Assembly (NCBI GenBank): GCA_001642005.1
Contig: LWCA01000192.1
Location: 1-41,710 of the forward strand
DNA: 41,710 nt
Direction: 5' to 3'
DNA from: Intoshia linei
Lineage: Eukaryota > Animalia > Orthonectida
Shown here: positions 1-13,700 of the stretch, piece by piece
How positions within the stretch are numbered: position 1 is the stretch's first letter
Layout of the letters: every line of letters begins with the position of its first letter
The notes under the pieces: generated by a model
Told to the model about the DNA's origin: nothing
Database searches by the model: none
What the model saw: the letters and a program-made list of their open reading frames with translations, nothing else
Program-made: the position numbers and the translations under genes

Positions 1-1438
1 CATTATTAAAAAATCACGATAAATAATGAATGTATAAGAAATTTACTATAGAAGAGATGAATTTTGACCAAAACTCGTTCATTATCATCGAAATTTATTA
101 TTTACGGTATTTATTATTGGCGAGTTAGACTGTATAGGTAAAAACGGCACAACTTAAATAATTAAGAATTACATAGCAATGAAAATATTGTATTGATATG
201 ATCACAAGTAGAACTTATAAGTCAGTATATTTAAATCTATATAAATCAGCTACATTCCCCTGAAAAACATTTTATGGTGTAAACACCATATTTTGATCAG
301 TATGAACTGATGTTTAATGAATAATATATGGCAAAGCGTAATTATAATATATGGTAAATTATAATTGACAAATAAAAATTAACAGTCTGAAGTTTGAATT
401 TTTATGTTTTGTTGATAAGACTTATCATAAGTATTTCATAAATACATAATTATAAATTTGTACCGTTTTTGTATGTGACGCTTTTGTAGAGTACCATTTT
501 TATTATACCAAAAAATAAATTCACGTATAAAATCTAACTTAAAAATCCTATTATTAACTATTATCAATCCTTTAAAGCAGTGATTCTTAACCTTTTTTGA
601 CCTAAGCACCCCAAATATTGATCTTAATGACTGTGTACCCCTGATTAAAAATTAATTAATACAATATTAATTATAAATGAAGTGTTAACTAGTTACTTAA
701 ATTAAACGGATAAAATTTGCTTTGGTTCCCAAATTTGTTTCAGGTGGAACCATCATATCACATTACTTTTTACTTTAAACTGAATTATTCTATCTTAATT
801 TTTTGTGTTAACAAATTTGCGTAAACAATTTTAAAAACAATTGTTATATCATGTTTTTAATTTATTAAAACAATATAGATGGCGCATATTATTACATAAA
901 CAATTGATCATGTGACTTGATGCTTTTTGTTACATTGCAATTCCTTTTTTCGATTCAATTTTAGCTGAACTCAGCCTATGATTTTTCAGTGGTCAACAGA
1001 TTTTTTTGAAAAGATTTTCTCCACATCCCATGTATTTCAAATCGAGTCATTTTGAAAATTTGAAAGAATTCGCAGAAAAATATGAATTATTTTTACCATG
1101 TATATCATTAGATAAAGATCTCAAAGCAGAATATACTAAATGGTAAAAAAAACTTGATTCAAAGACCACTATCATACAATCAATCAAATTTGGAAACTAT
1201 TGTATAACAACCTTTAAATAAAATTAAGACACGCTTTAACTAGCTTGAAACTAGACACCTTGATATTAAAAGAGACAGCCATATATTCCTCGCTTCGCTC
1301 GCACCCCATTAACTAGCCTCTTGGATCCGCCCTTGAGCATAAATTTCAGAAAAAATAAAATTATATTAAACCTATTTTGTCATTTTCAATATGATGACTA
1401 GAGTCGACATTTTATTGCACTAAAAATTCGATGATAAA

Positions 1439-2558
1439 TAAAGGTGGCACAAAACTCAATGAGTTTTGTGTTGAGTATTGTGCAAAAAATTTTTATATAA
1501 TTGAATTAAAAATTAATTAGTATATTGGTAATTCCCTGCTCCCAGGTATCTGTAGAACGTTCCTTCAATATTTTAAAAACTATAGATAGTTGCCAGAAAA
1601 CAATAATGTCAAGGAACTTCTTAGAGAATATTTTATTTATAAATTTAAATAAATAAATTTGATTATGAAGGTCTTTTAGTTATTAGTAGGGCAATTTTTT
1701 ATTGACCTATAGAATAACAAAAAAACTGACCTAAAAATTAAATTTACTGACTTTATTTGACCTTAATTTGTTTTTTGTTTCTATGGTTAATACCAACTGA
1801 ATCTACCGTACCCCAAACCTTCATAACTCAATAGACTTTAGTATATAGACAATAGATAGTAGACTTTAAATCAATACAATATTTAATAAACATAATTTTA
1901 ATATTCCATAGGCCCCGATCATGATGGTGTCGGTCACTTTACATAATAAATTAATATGAATAAAACTTCAAATAAGGAATATTTATGTGTGTAATAATAA
2001 ATATGAATACCAAGAACTGCAAATGAAACAAACGATGTAAATCTCACTGTTTAATGTTAGAAATGTTGAAAATTATTAATGTTTATTGTAGTATAACATA
2101 ATATACTTCTTAACATTATCTGGTAAAAATTTCCAATTAAGTTACCAATTTTTTGAACAAACTGAAACTACGTTCAACAGATGGCGCTTTTCTTAATAAA
2201 TTACATAGATAAGATGGTATTTGTTCAATTTTATTGTTCATTATATCATAAATATTATTTTTTTAAGTCGAATATCCTTTAAAAAAAATATTGACTTTAT
2301 GGCATCTAAAAAAAACTTACTTTATGGCATTTATTGACTTTATAAATTGTTAATTAGTTAATTAATAAACATAATATTGATATCATGATGCTTGTTATTT
2401 CGTGCTGATTATCAAATAAAAAATGGCATTTTGCCATAAAAAACTGCCCTAGTTATTAGTCTTTATTGAATTTTTGAACTTAAGTATTGTGTTGAGTATT
2501 GTGCAAACCATTTTTTGAGCTTGAGTATTGTGTTGTGTTGTGTTGTGTTCCACCTCTA
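1439..2558 (+). mobile_element. Non-autonomous hAT element
   Basis: TIR taaaggtggcaca / tgtgttccacctcta; perfect 8-bp TSD ATGATAAA; hAT C-terminal dimerisation remnant IPCSQVSVERSFN at ~1531-1570. Confidence 0.85.
1687..2451 (-). mobile_element. Non-autonomous hAT element nested in 1439-2558
   Basis: TIR tagggcaattttt / aaaaactgcccta; perfect 8-bp TSD GTTATTAG; minus-strand APSVERSFS remnant at ~2161-2190. Confidence 0.85.
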
Positions 2559-3323
2559 ATGATAAATTATATTTTATTTATTAAAATTTAATCTATGACA
2601 TTTTAAAAATGACATTAAAATATTTTAAATAATATAATTAATGCCTCGTTATATGCCTCATAAAATAGTTTCATGTCTTCAAAATGCAACTTATTGAGTA
2701 GAATATTCAATCGGGTGAACAATGTTACTATTCTGTCAGAAAAACAGATAATTCTAGAATAAGGGTTACAGGCATCAGTGTTAAAATTTCTACTCCTTAA
2801 TCTATGATTTAATGTATTGTTGATATAAAAAATTTACTCATTATGTGTGTTAGATTTTCTATGAGAATCCACGTGAAATTTTTTTCACATTTAATATGTT
2901 TACTACATATATTGCAAAATAATTTGCTTTTTATCATAATAAATTCGGATGGATATTCAGTGCAGAAAGATTGCACTTTTTCAATATCGGATAATCGTTT
3001 TTTGGCATTAAATTTAAAATAATTTTTTTTTTTTACTTTTAAATTCATTTAAATGAAGTACATGAATGTAGTAATAAAATGAAATAAAATAAACTTAAAT
3101 CACAAAAAGTGAAACTTAGTTATTGCACTCATAATTTTTATTATGTAAAAAATAAATTGGTTAGTGCAAATTTTGCATAAATGCTTAAATGCAATTTATA
3201 TGCGTGCATTTATTGCATTTAAAAATTAAAAATTAGCATTATCAACGCAAAATTTTGACTTAAAAACTACTTTTTAGCATTTAAAATTTTGTCTAAAAAT
3301 TACAGGCTCACAATTGTATAAAG

Positions 3324-3851
3324 CAGGCATTCTTAACACTTTTTCGTTGTGGACCCCAAAAAAATTAATTATAATGACAATTTTTAATGAATCATTACAT
3401 TTGGGTGAAACGAATAATGGTCAAAAGACATAGAGTACTCTATTTTTGCGAGGTGATAAACTTGATGAACTATTAATATTAACCTTAAACTTGTCAATGT
3501 TCCCAAAATGGAACATGTTTTTCAGGTATTGTTTACAGTACATTATTAGTTGTTTACTACATATTTTATCAGATCAATAAAAAGTCTATATTATCTATCC
3601 TTCCTGTGACGAATTAATATTTTATATCCCTTGGTTGATGTTTCATAGAATCATGAATATTGACTGATTTTTTGTCATATTTTCAATTTGAAATTTAAAG
3701 CTTTTTTTTATGAATGGAAACTTGGCTCGGTCATAAATAATAAAATAATTAAATTAAACCACTGCTTCTATAATAGAACAATAGAGATTTCTTAATAAGT
3801 TTTTACACTTGTAAGTAATTTAAGTGCTGTGGACCCCGTTGAGAATGGCTG
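3324..3851. mobile_element. hAT MITE
   Basis: TIR caggcattcttaac / gttgagaatggctg; perfect 8-bp TSD GTATAAAG; the interior resembles ~34460-34825. Confidence 0.85.
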
Positions 3852-5154
3852 GTATAAAGTCAATAAAATTAGCATTATCATCGAATTTTTAGGTCAATAA
3901 AATGTCGACTCTAATTATCATTAATATTCATGTGGAATAGATAAATTTCGTGAAAATAAATTTACATGTATATGTGTAATGCATTCCCCCAAAAATTTTA
4001 AAATCTGGAGACTAATTAAAGTAAGAATTCACACAATTCTAAAATAACGTTATTATTGTTTACTTAAAATGTTTAAAATTTTAATTGCACTACAATTTTT
4101 ATCGGTTATTATGGCCATAAGAAACACAACAAATCACACATCAACACGTAAAAATTTTTAATAATAAATAAAATCATCGTTTTTAGATCTAGAAAATATA
4201 ATTAGAGTTATTACGCCGATTAGCTTTGATGGTATTATTCAACTTCAACAACAAGTTTATTTTATTTAGATTTTAACAATACGTCGGTAAAGGAAGTTTA
4301 CCTTTTGCAATGTAATTACTCATTATTAGAGCCATTCTAATATTATGCTCTAAAGTCATTTACAAAGTACTCAGTAATGTTACATTTGAGAGGGTAAATA
4401 TTAACCGATTTTATTTTTTTGGATGAATGCTTAAAATCAAAAAAGGCTGATTTGCTAAAAATGAATGTGAAATATCCGGGTATATAAGTTTGGAAACCGC
4501 TGAAGTAATGTACATGATGAATGTATGATGCATAATTTGACTGCATATAATATATAAATAACATTATATAATGTTACTTTTAGATAATTTGATGAGTAAT
4601 TTTTATCATTTTCAAATTATTATTTATAAACGTCTGGCCTAAGCTATTTTTATATATCACTGATTGATCTGACCATACATTGATATCATGTAAGATAACT
4701 TTTCGTGATTCACGTCAATGTGAACAAATTACCAGATTTATTATAAAATCATCTTCTTTGTCAGTCTCGAAAAATTTCTTAAAAAAGTCGAAAAAATCTT
4801 ATTATAAGAAAATTAAAAGTCAAATCAAAGTAATTTTTCATCATTCCGATACGTCGCGATGGAATAATAATTCATAACTGATTTATAATTATGCTCGATG
4901 AATTTAATATTATGTAACAGAATAAATAAATGGTGTATCGCTTTTCATTTATAACTATTATAGCCTTAGATTAACTTTGTGAACATTCTTTATTTTGACT
5001 GTAAGAATTTGTCACTTTTTATAATATCAAAAATTTAAAATTCCATTTAATATTTCAATTATTATCCAATTTATCTCCGTTTTTTTTGCTTGAGAGATAC
5101 TTCAAGATTTGTTCTAATTTAGGTATTCTATATTTATATCATGTCAAATTATAG

Positions 5155-8100
5155 CAGGTAAAAATTTTTACTTTTACAAATACTATGTATACATATTTGT
5201 ATATACTTGTATGTTAACACTTTAACACCCATGAAGTGTGCCTGTGGTATATTTTTTGTGTATATTTTTGTAACTATACTTTACATTTACTTCACTTTAC
5301 ACATATATTTGTACATTACTTTTTATCAAAATAAATTTAATTGAAGTATGTTATTGATTATTTGTTATAAAATCTTGAATATTGGACAAGTTTTATGTAT
5401 ACAACACAATCCAGGAAATGTAATTATGTTAACTTAGTATATGGATAAGAAAACAGGAAATGGACATTATATTAATGTTTAAATACATACAAAAATTTTA
5501 CAATGATATTTTTTACAGTAAAATAACTAACAAACATATTATTACATTCCATATAACCGGAATAAAAATTTCAATCGGAATAAGTGACGACTTCACGGTC
5601 AAAAAAGCATTTTAGTATTCATATTTTTTTTCAAAATATTTTATTAAAACAAAAAATGTGAAATAATTAACAATCAGAAAATTAAAAAAAAATTCTAATA
5701 GAGCTTATTCCAGTTGATATAAATACAAAAGTTCAACCCGAGAAATTCAAGCATTCCCGATGAAAAATAATTTTTAATATATTATCAACCAATATTTTGA
5801 TTAAAATAAAAATTTTAAATGTAAATATTGATCTTACAATTTAAAAAAAAAATGTGCAGTGAACGTCTACACATTTCCAATAAAGAAATATGGGTGGAAA
5901 TCTATATAATCCATTCCTTCGTAATTTTTATCATTGCTACGCAATTTTTAAATTTTAAATTATTATTTTTAAAACATTTTGAATAAAATTTAAATAGAAA
6001 CTAAACAACGAAACTAAAAACAACTTTGTTAATATCACTGTCAATGTCTATTAACTGTTAATGTCAACTTTTTTATATTTATTACAATCCAATGGAAATT
6101 TTGTAAAATTCGACTAAAATGTGTTTATAAAGCTAAGATTCGGTTAATTATTAATACATACAAAGTAATTGGTATTTTTAAGTATTTATTAAATTGGTAC
6201 TGAATATATATCATCACATTGAAAATGACAAAATAAATTTTTATTATTTTATTTTTTCTGGAATTTATGCTATTTATGACTATTTTTAGGTTGGACCGTT
6301 TTTTCTTTATTTTTAAATGTTAAACAAAAAATTAAGATGAAATAATTTACTTTAAAGTAAAAAGTAGTGTGATGTGATAGTTCCACCTGTAACAAATTTG
6401 GGAACCACTCCTTTAAAGGATTGATAATAGTGAATAGTAGGATTTTTAAGTTAGATTTTCAACGTGAATTTATTTTTTAAGTATAATAAAAATGTGCTCT
6501 CGGCAGAGCTAGGTCCTGTTTGTACGTAGTATGTAAATTTATTTTTTGGTAGTATAAAAATGTTCCCTCGGTAGAACTAGGCTACGAGTATAATAAAAAT
6601 GTGCCGTAGTTGTACTTAGTACATTACAGTCAACCTAGTTAATATATTATACATATACGTATAACGGTTAATTATAATTATAATGATTATATCTATTGTA
6701 TAAGGAATGTAATTATTTAGCTCGTAAATTTATATTATTTTTAAAATTTTTATAATTTTCTATTTATGATTTCAGCTAGTAATGATTAATATTTTTTTTA
6801 TTTGTCTTTTTCCCATTGCGCCTTTAATATTGTCAATATAAATATTTAATTAGGATTATCGTTATAATTCAATAATTTTAGTGTGTATTATAATTATACT
6901 TTTACATTTTTTAATAAATTAACATTTCGACTTATTTACTAAAAATTTTAAATATTTTTAATGCAAAGTTTTATTCATATTAACTGAAGGGTTAATAAGT
7001 ATGAAAATAATTTTTTATTTAATAGTTATTTGTAATGCAATCATTGAATCATTATTTTATTTTAAAATTTTTTAAAATACATGCATTACTTGAAATGATT
7101 TAGTCTGTAATAATTTTTAACTTAATTTTTATTATCTTATTACTGTTGAATATACAAATACAAATACATTATAAATAATATTCTAGTAGGTAATTGAAAT
7201 TTTGAAATTTTTTTATTGTAATGGTGTTGGATGATAATTTTTTGTTTATATAGTGCGACCATAAGTACGTTATTTTATAAAGGCACAGTGCCAATAACGT
7301 ACTTTTAACGTACTAAATAAAGTTATGAATTTAAATTTTATATTACAAATTATATATAACTTTTACTTATTTTTACGTATATATAGTATATATTTTAACA
7401 TAAACCATTCAAATTCAATATTTATCACCATTCTACTTTGTTATTAGTAAAACTCAAGTTAATTGGATCAACATACAAAAATGTATCACAATTTATAACA
7501 AAATAAATTTAATTAACAAGATAAATCGAGATAAAATGTTCAATGAATTTGTTACAGTTGATGTATGTTTAAAAAATTCTCCTACTATTCCTCCTTGGAA
7601 GGATTTGTGTGATAATATCGATACTAATGGATTCAAAAAATTAATCCAGTTTTATTATTCTCTAAATTGCTCAAATACATATATAGAAAGAGTATTTAGT
7701 GTTACTAATAATTATTGGACAGAACATAAATCCAACCTTAGCTTAAAAACATTAAAATCTGTCATTTTATTTCGAGAAAATTCAAAGGAAAAATGTACTA
7801 ATGTTTATAAAAATCTGTTAAACGACATTTAAATTTGTAAAAACATTAATTCTAGCAATAAATACATATTTCATTTTCAGCAATTACTCATGGTTATCAT
7901 AAACTTTATGTCTCAATTTAGTTATTGTCTAGTTACACAATTTTTTTTATATATTTTTTACATTTTCGTTTCTAAGCAATATTAGTACGTTAAAAATATG
8001 GTCGCACTAGTTTATATTAACGGTTTCACATTTTATCGTTGTATTTTGATTTTTTTAAAAAAATTATTTTGTATATTTTATTTATTTTTCTTGTTTTTTA

Positions 8101-10773
8101 TTTTTAAAATCACTTGAAAGTTATATAAAAAACATTTAAAAAATTATTTATCATCAAATGTTATACTAAAGGCTTTATTTAATAGCCATAAATAAACCAA
8201 CTCTTAAGGAAAATACCATTTTACCCATAGGGTTAATAAAACTGGATTTTTCTTTTTAGTGTTGGTAAAACTAGAACTTTCTATAAAGGGTTGGTAAATT
8301 AGATTTTTAGTAAAAATGGTTGGATTTTTGAAATTTTAGTAAAAATTTTTGAATGATTCATATATGAATCATTAGATGTGAAACCGTTAATAACATAAAT
8401 AATACATGGTAATTATGAAATCATAGAATGTAATTAAAATTATTTATGTACATTAGGGGTATTTCATTTGGACTTTATTGAAATAAAAGAAATTATCTGA
8501 CTAGGAATAATCAGTTTCTAAGTAAAAATGCTACAAAAATATAAAAAGTCAAATGTTTTTTTAGGGAGTTAATCAATTTCCAGCGTAAAATTTTTTTTGT
8601 CATAAAACGTTTTACCTTTCCAAATTTGCTATTTTTGTATCTTTTGTTGAGTCACACGTTAATGTTATATATGTTATGTAGTTAAAAAATTGTAAATTGG
8701 TTTAGTATTTTTTATGTAAAAGTGGTTTTAGTATATAAAACAATTATAATATACAAAAAAAATAATAATAATAAACAAAAATCAACATAAATTGTATATT
8801 TAATAAATTTTACAAAAAAAGTGGACTTTCGTAGATCAGTTAAATAGCAAAACTGTGGTCTAATAATTTAAGTAATGACTAAGAACTACCAAATGTAGCG
8901 ATACTGAAAAATACTTTTAAAAATTTTAATCCACACGGGACACCTTACTTTACATGTATATTTTTAGTGTGTAAATATCACTTTTAAATTCAATTTATAT
9001 ACACTTACTTTATAATCACTTTTTATATAAATATCAATGTAATATGACGTAATTATTTATAGTAAGTTGTAATATGATAAATTTTTTTTTATATTATTAT
9101 AATAAAATCCATCTGTTTTATACATTTAATTTAACAAAATAAATAAGAATAATATAAACAATAATAATTATTATACATTATAATATATCAATCGTTATTT
9201 TTATTATTTAGTTAGTAATACAATATTCCAAAAAATATTTAATTTAGTTTAATAATTGGATGAATAATGTTACAATTAAATTGAAAAATTGTATATAACT
9301 GGAGAGGCAAACATTCACCGGATTTCAATTTTTTCAGAACAAAATAGAGCAATATAAGATTTATTTCAATATAAATAAGCATTATCTCAATGAGATAAAC
9401 TATAGAGAGAATATTGTATTCATCCATCATAGTGATAATATATAATATTTATATTATAATTATAATAGCAATTTGTAAATATATAATTATTAATTCTAAT
9501 GAATTTTTCACATTTTTTTTTATTATATTTTATGTACAATTGTATCTCAAATATTTTTTTTATTTAGTCCGTAATATATAAACCATATTAATTAATATAC
9601 AGCATTGTTTATATAATAACTTGTTTGTTTTGTACTTTGTGCTTTAATTTCATATCCTATTATATTTATATGTATATAACATGATATGCAATATTTGCTT
9701 CTGTGTGTTACCGTTTATTTCAATAGCTACTAGTCTTAGAATTTTATAAAGTCAACATTTCAATTACAGTTTTTTCCGGGAGTCTTATCAAAATAAATTT
9801 CAACCATATAAACTCATATCTTACGGGTCAAAAAGCCCAATCATCCTTTTTTTGAAAATCAAACGAGTTCGAGAATTAAAAAATATATACTCTGATACGG
9901 ATTTTAAAATCATAAATATTATGTTAAATTTAAATTTAAAAAAATATATCTTCAGGGCCAAAACCACAAATTACCCGTTTTTTTAATGAAAACGGCCCTA
10001 GAATTTAAAAAAATTACAGGTGATACAGTTGTATCCTGTTAACAAACACACAAAAATTTCAATCTGAATAAGTGACGTCTTTAAGGTCAAAAAAACAGTT
10101 TATTAAATTAAATTTTCAACGTGAATTTATTTTTTTAGTTGAATAAAAATGTGCACTCGGCAGAGCTAGGTGCTGTTTGTACGTAGTACATAGATAAAAA
10201 TGATAATGGATAAAAAAAGACAAGACAGATATAAGAATAATCAAAAATGTAACATAATAGTCAACCTAGTTTAAAAAGTTAAAAGTTAGTTATATAAAAA
10301 ATTATATTTTAAAATGCATTCAAAGTTTTACTTTGTGTGTCACGGCAAAAACTACTGTATACTTTAATATTATGAACATTGTAATTAAATTATTAAATTA
10401 TTACAATGGTGTAAGCTCTCCTTGGTCAGGGTTAAATAATAAATTATTTTCAAAATTCTTTTTTTATTTTACAAATATACACTAAATTTAACAAATTAAA
10501 CGTTGATAAAAATTGAACAAAGATACCTAGAATGAAAATTAAAAAAGTAAGTTGTTTAGTTATATACGGTAATTAACATAATACTTTGTACACCATGATA
10601 TTTATGTATGTGAATGCACACTAGTTCGTATTTGTTGCTTATTAGCGTAAATTGAGTTGCATAATAGCTCGTGTCTCTGTGAACAACACTGTAATAAACC
10701 TGAGACAGTATTTAAGGTCCTAGAATAAACATCAACATTATAGCGATATTTTATTATAATCGTTATTTAGAAA
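5155..10773 (+). CDS. Micro-exon block 1 (APMFIFLVSFTIFLIYE)
   Basis: Exon starts: 5155 CAG, 6721 CTC, 6776 CTA, 6882 TGT, 7026 TTATTT, 7104 TCT, 7187 TAG, 9063 TAAGTT, 9212 TTA, 9469 CAATTT, 9568 TCC, 10560 TTATATACG, 10771 AAA; each is flanked by ag/gt. Confidence 0.7.
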
Positions 10774-13700
10774 GTAAATTATTACATACAATGTAAACCA
10801 GAGGTGGGGAGAGAGTCCGCCTACTGAACAATTTGAAAATTATTTTATATTGATTTTTAATTTTAATGATACGTTTATATATTATCCTTACTTATTATAT
10901 ACATTATATATACAACATATTACAATTGTAATATGCTACGTAATATTTGTTTGTGTGTGTGTGTTCGACTTTATTTCAATAACTACCAATCTTAGCATTT
11001 TATTAAGTTTACATTTCAGTTACAGTTTTTTCCGCGCGTGATAATAAGATAAATTATAACTTCCCAAATTCACATCTTACGGGTCAAAAACCCCAATTGT
11101 TTTTTTTTTAAATATCGAACAAGTTAGAGAATTTAAAAAAATATATACGCTGATACGCATTTTAAAAGCATAAACATTATCATTAATTTAAATTTAAAAA
11201 AAATTATATCTTTAGGGCCAAAACCCCAAATTACCCTTTTTTTATGAAAACAGCCCTAGAATTTAAAAAAACTACAGTTGGTACTGTTGTAGCCTGTTAA
11301 CACACACAAAAATTACAATCTGAATAAGTGACACCTTCAAGGTCAAAAAAACAGTTTATTAAATTAGATTTTCAACGTGAATGTATTTTTTGGTATAATA
11401 AAAATGTGCCCTCGGCAGAGCTAGGTGCTGTTTGTACGTAGTACATAACAGTCAACCTAGTTAATTATAAATAATGATGATATAAATTTGTGATAAATAC
11501 AAATTGGAGTCTATTGACATTGTAAATTAAATTAAATTTAAGTTTTCATTTTCCATTGTAACCTGAAATTTTAATAAATTTTATTAATAAGGAAATTTTT
11601 TTTGTCAAGTCACTACAACCTTCTCACCTAAAGGTTCTCGGCTTTTTTTGTAAACTAATGTATACATGATTAAGTATAACATATTATATTTATATTATAT
11701 ATATATTATTTATAGTATATTTTGTAGCCTACTAATATGAATCATATACAGATAGTATTATTATAATATATATTCAACCGTAACAATGCGTAATTGTTAA
11801 AAAAATAAGATATTGTACTTTGTAAACAACTGTAAAATGGTTTCTATCTGATATGAATAACAATGCGCCAATCAATTTTTGTATGATTTGTATTGTATTT
11901 GTTCAATATGAATATCACAGCTAAAAAATGTATTAATTTTTATTGACAGGCATACATTAAATTAATAAAATTAAATATTACATATTATGTATCATAATAA
12001 CAGAAACCACTGTACGTCTAAATTTTAATATGATCTGTACATCAGGCGTGTCAAACTTGCGGCCCCTTTCAAATTCAATTGCGGCCCGCCACGACTTCGT
12101 AAATGTATATTTACTATATTATTAATGCTAATAATGTATGATATAATATTTATATTATGAAATATTCCAGATGAATTGTTTATCATCATTTGCACATCTT
12201 TACTGCGATAAGATCATATTTAATGATATCAATGATACGATTAAAATCATATTTAGTTCCACAATTTTTAAAAATCCGTGAAAGTCTTATCAAATTAACA
12301 TTCTAGTTTTATTATTCGAACATTAATTTAAAAAAATCAATCTTGCAGAATAGATACAAAACCACAAAAAAAAATATTTCGCTTCTAATTTTTAGGATAA
12401 AATTATCACACAAAAATTAAAAAGAAAGAACTCGCTACGTTTACTCCGTAATGGGCGATGATAATCTGGATTATCCATTAAATAATTAACTAATATTATA
12501 ATATTAGCACAACTGACTGAACAAATTTATCAAAAATTAAAAAAACAATGGCGCTCGAACTAAAAACATTGATTTCGATTATCTGATTATACATCACTTT
12601 TAATACACACTGTGTATTTGACAAAGATCTCGATTCATAGTATAATGATTTCCAAAGGTGATGCTATAAAAAAATTTATGATGCGGCCCGCCACGTAGTT
12701 GAGTTTGACATGACTGCTGTAAATTGTATACTGTACATATGTATATGTATCAATTTATCATTTAATGTTTATTTATTCCACTAGAGAGTAATATTAAAAT
12801 AATTTTATTAGAACAGAGGATGGGGAAGTGGGGCCTTTATGGCAAATTTTCAATAATTTTGTATTATAAAAAAAATTAAAACATTTATAATACATAATTA
12901 TTTATACAGAATATATAGTATACATATAATTATACATATAATATATATTACATACATAGTATTAATAAAACCATACAGAAGATTTTTGCAAAATGTTGCA
13001 TTTTTATTCTACTTGATCCGTAATAACATCATAAATCGTCTTTATATCGTTTTGTAAATGGTAGGGTAAACTAGAGATTTTGAACTAAAAATATATGTGT
13101 ATATAAAAATGAAAAAAGTTAATTGCATACAATTATTAATATCAGTCAAAGATATTGCCGAAGAATATTTCTGTCAATTTTCTAAATATAATACATTTTA
13201 TTTTCATCTTAACGGGTTCGAAGAAAAAATAAATTAAGCGTGTAAATTTTATGGTCCATTGAATGGAAAAAGTCACATATAACAGTTTTATCGCTGCACT
13301 GAAAAAAATGATTTTAAAGAATTCTTAGCTGAAATTTGAAGCGCTTTGCGGAATTTTTAAAATGGCGTCTACGCAAATTTTTATCTAATTTAATTATTAT
13401 TTTGTTTTATTCTCATTTTTAATTAATTACTCAACTTTTTCCCAGTCTGGACTTAATTTTTAAAATTTTGGAACATCATAATACTGTATACATGTTATGA
13501 TTCATTACTTGATATTGTAGTACAAAATTCAAGATATGATAATTAATTATTTAATAACAATTTAATTTTTTTTAATGAAGTCATATTTTTATACATTTTC
13601 AAAAAATTCGTTGAGACTTAAGAGTCTAAATTAGTGTCGGTTCTGCTCAAATCTGTTATTATTATTAATTCAATATGTTATTCTATGATGTAAATGATAT

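Larger units (their letters stand above)
1399..3913. mobile_element. Outer hAT-like TIR element hosting nested insertions
   Basis: TIRs tagagtcgacattttattgcactaaaaattcgatgataa / ttatcatcgaatttttaggtcaataaaatgtcgactcta. The internal minus-strand ORF 2809-3048 has LFCNIC..C (zinc-finger-like N-terminus). No clear TSD. Confidence 0.7.

Noticed and set aside
11543-11557. 15-nt candidate aagTTTTCATTTTCCATTgtaacc
   Set aside because: Frame-compatible (IFIFH) but has a weak aag acceptor and looks like a pyrimidine tract; left out as ambiguous.
11921-11929. 9-nt candidate exon cagCTAAAAAATgtatta
   Set aside because: Joined to the next exon (12785 AGA) it would create TAG. I excluded it on that basis, which is a selection bias to keep in mind; it could be real if an intervening exon was missed.
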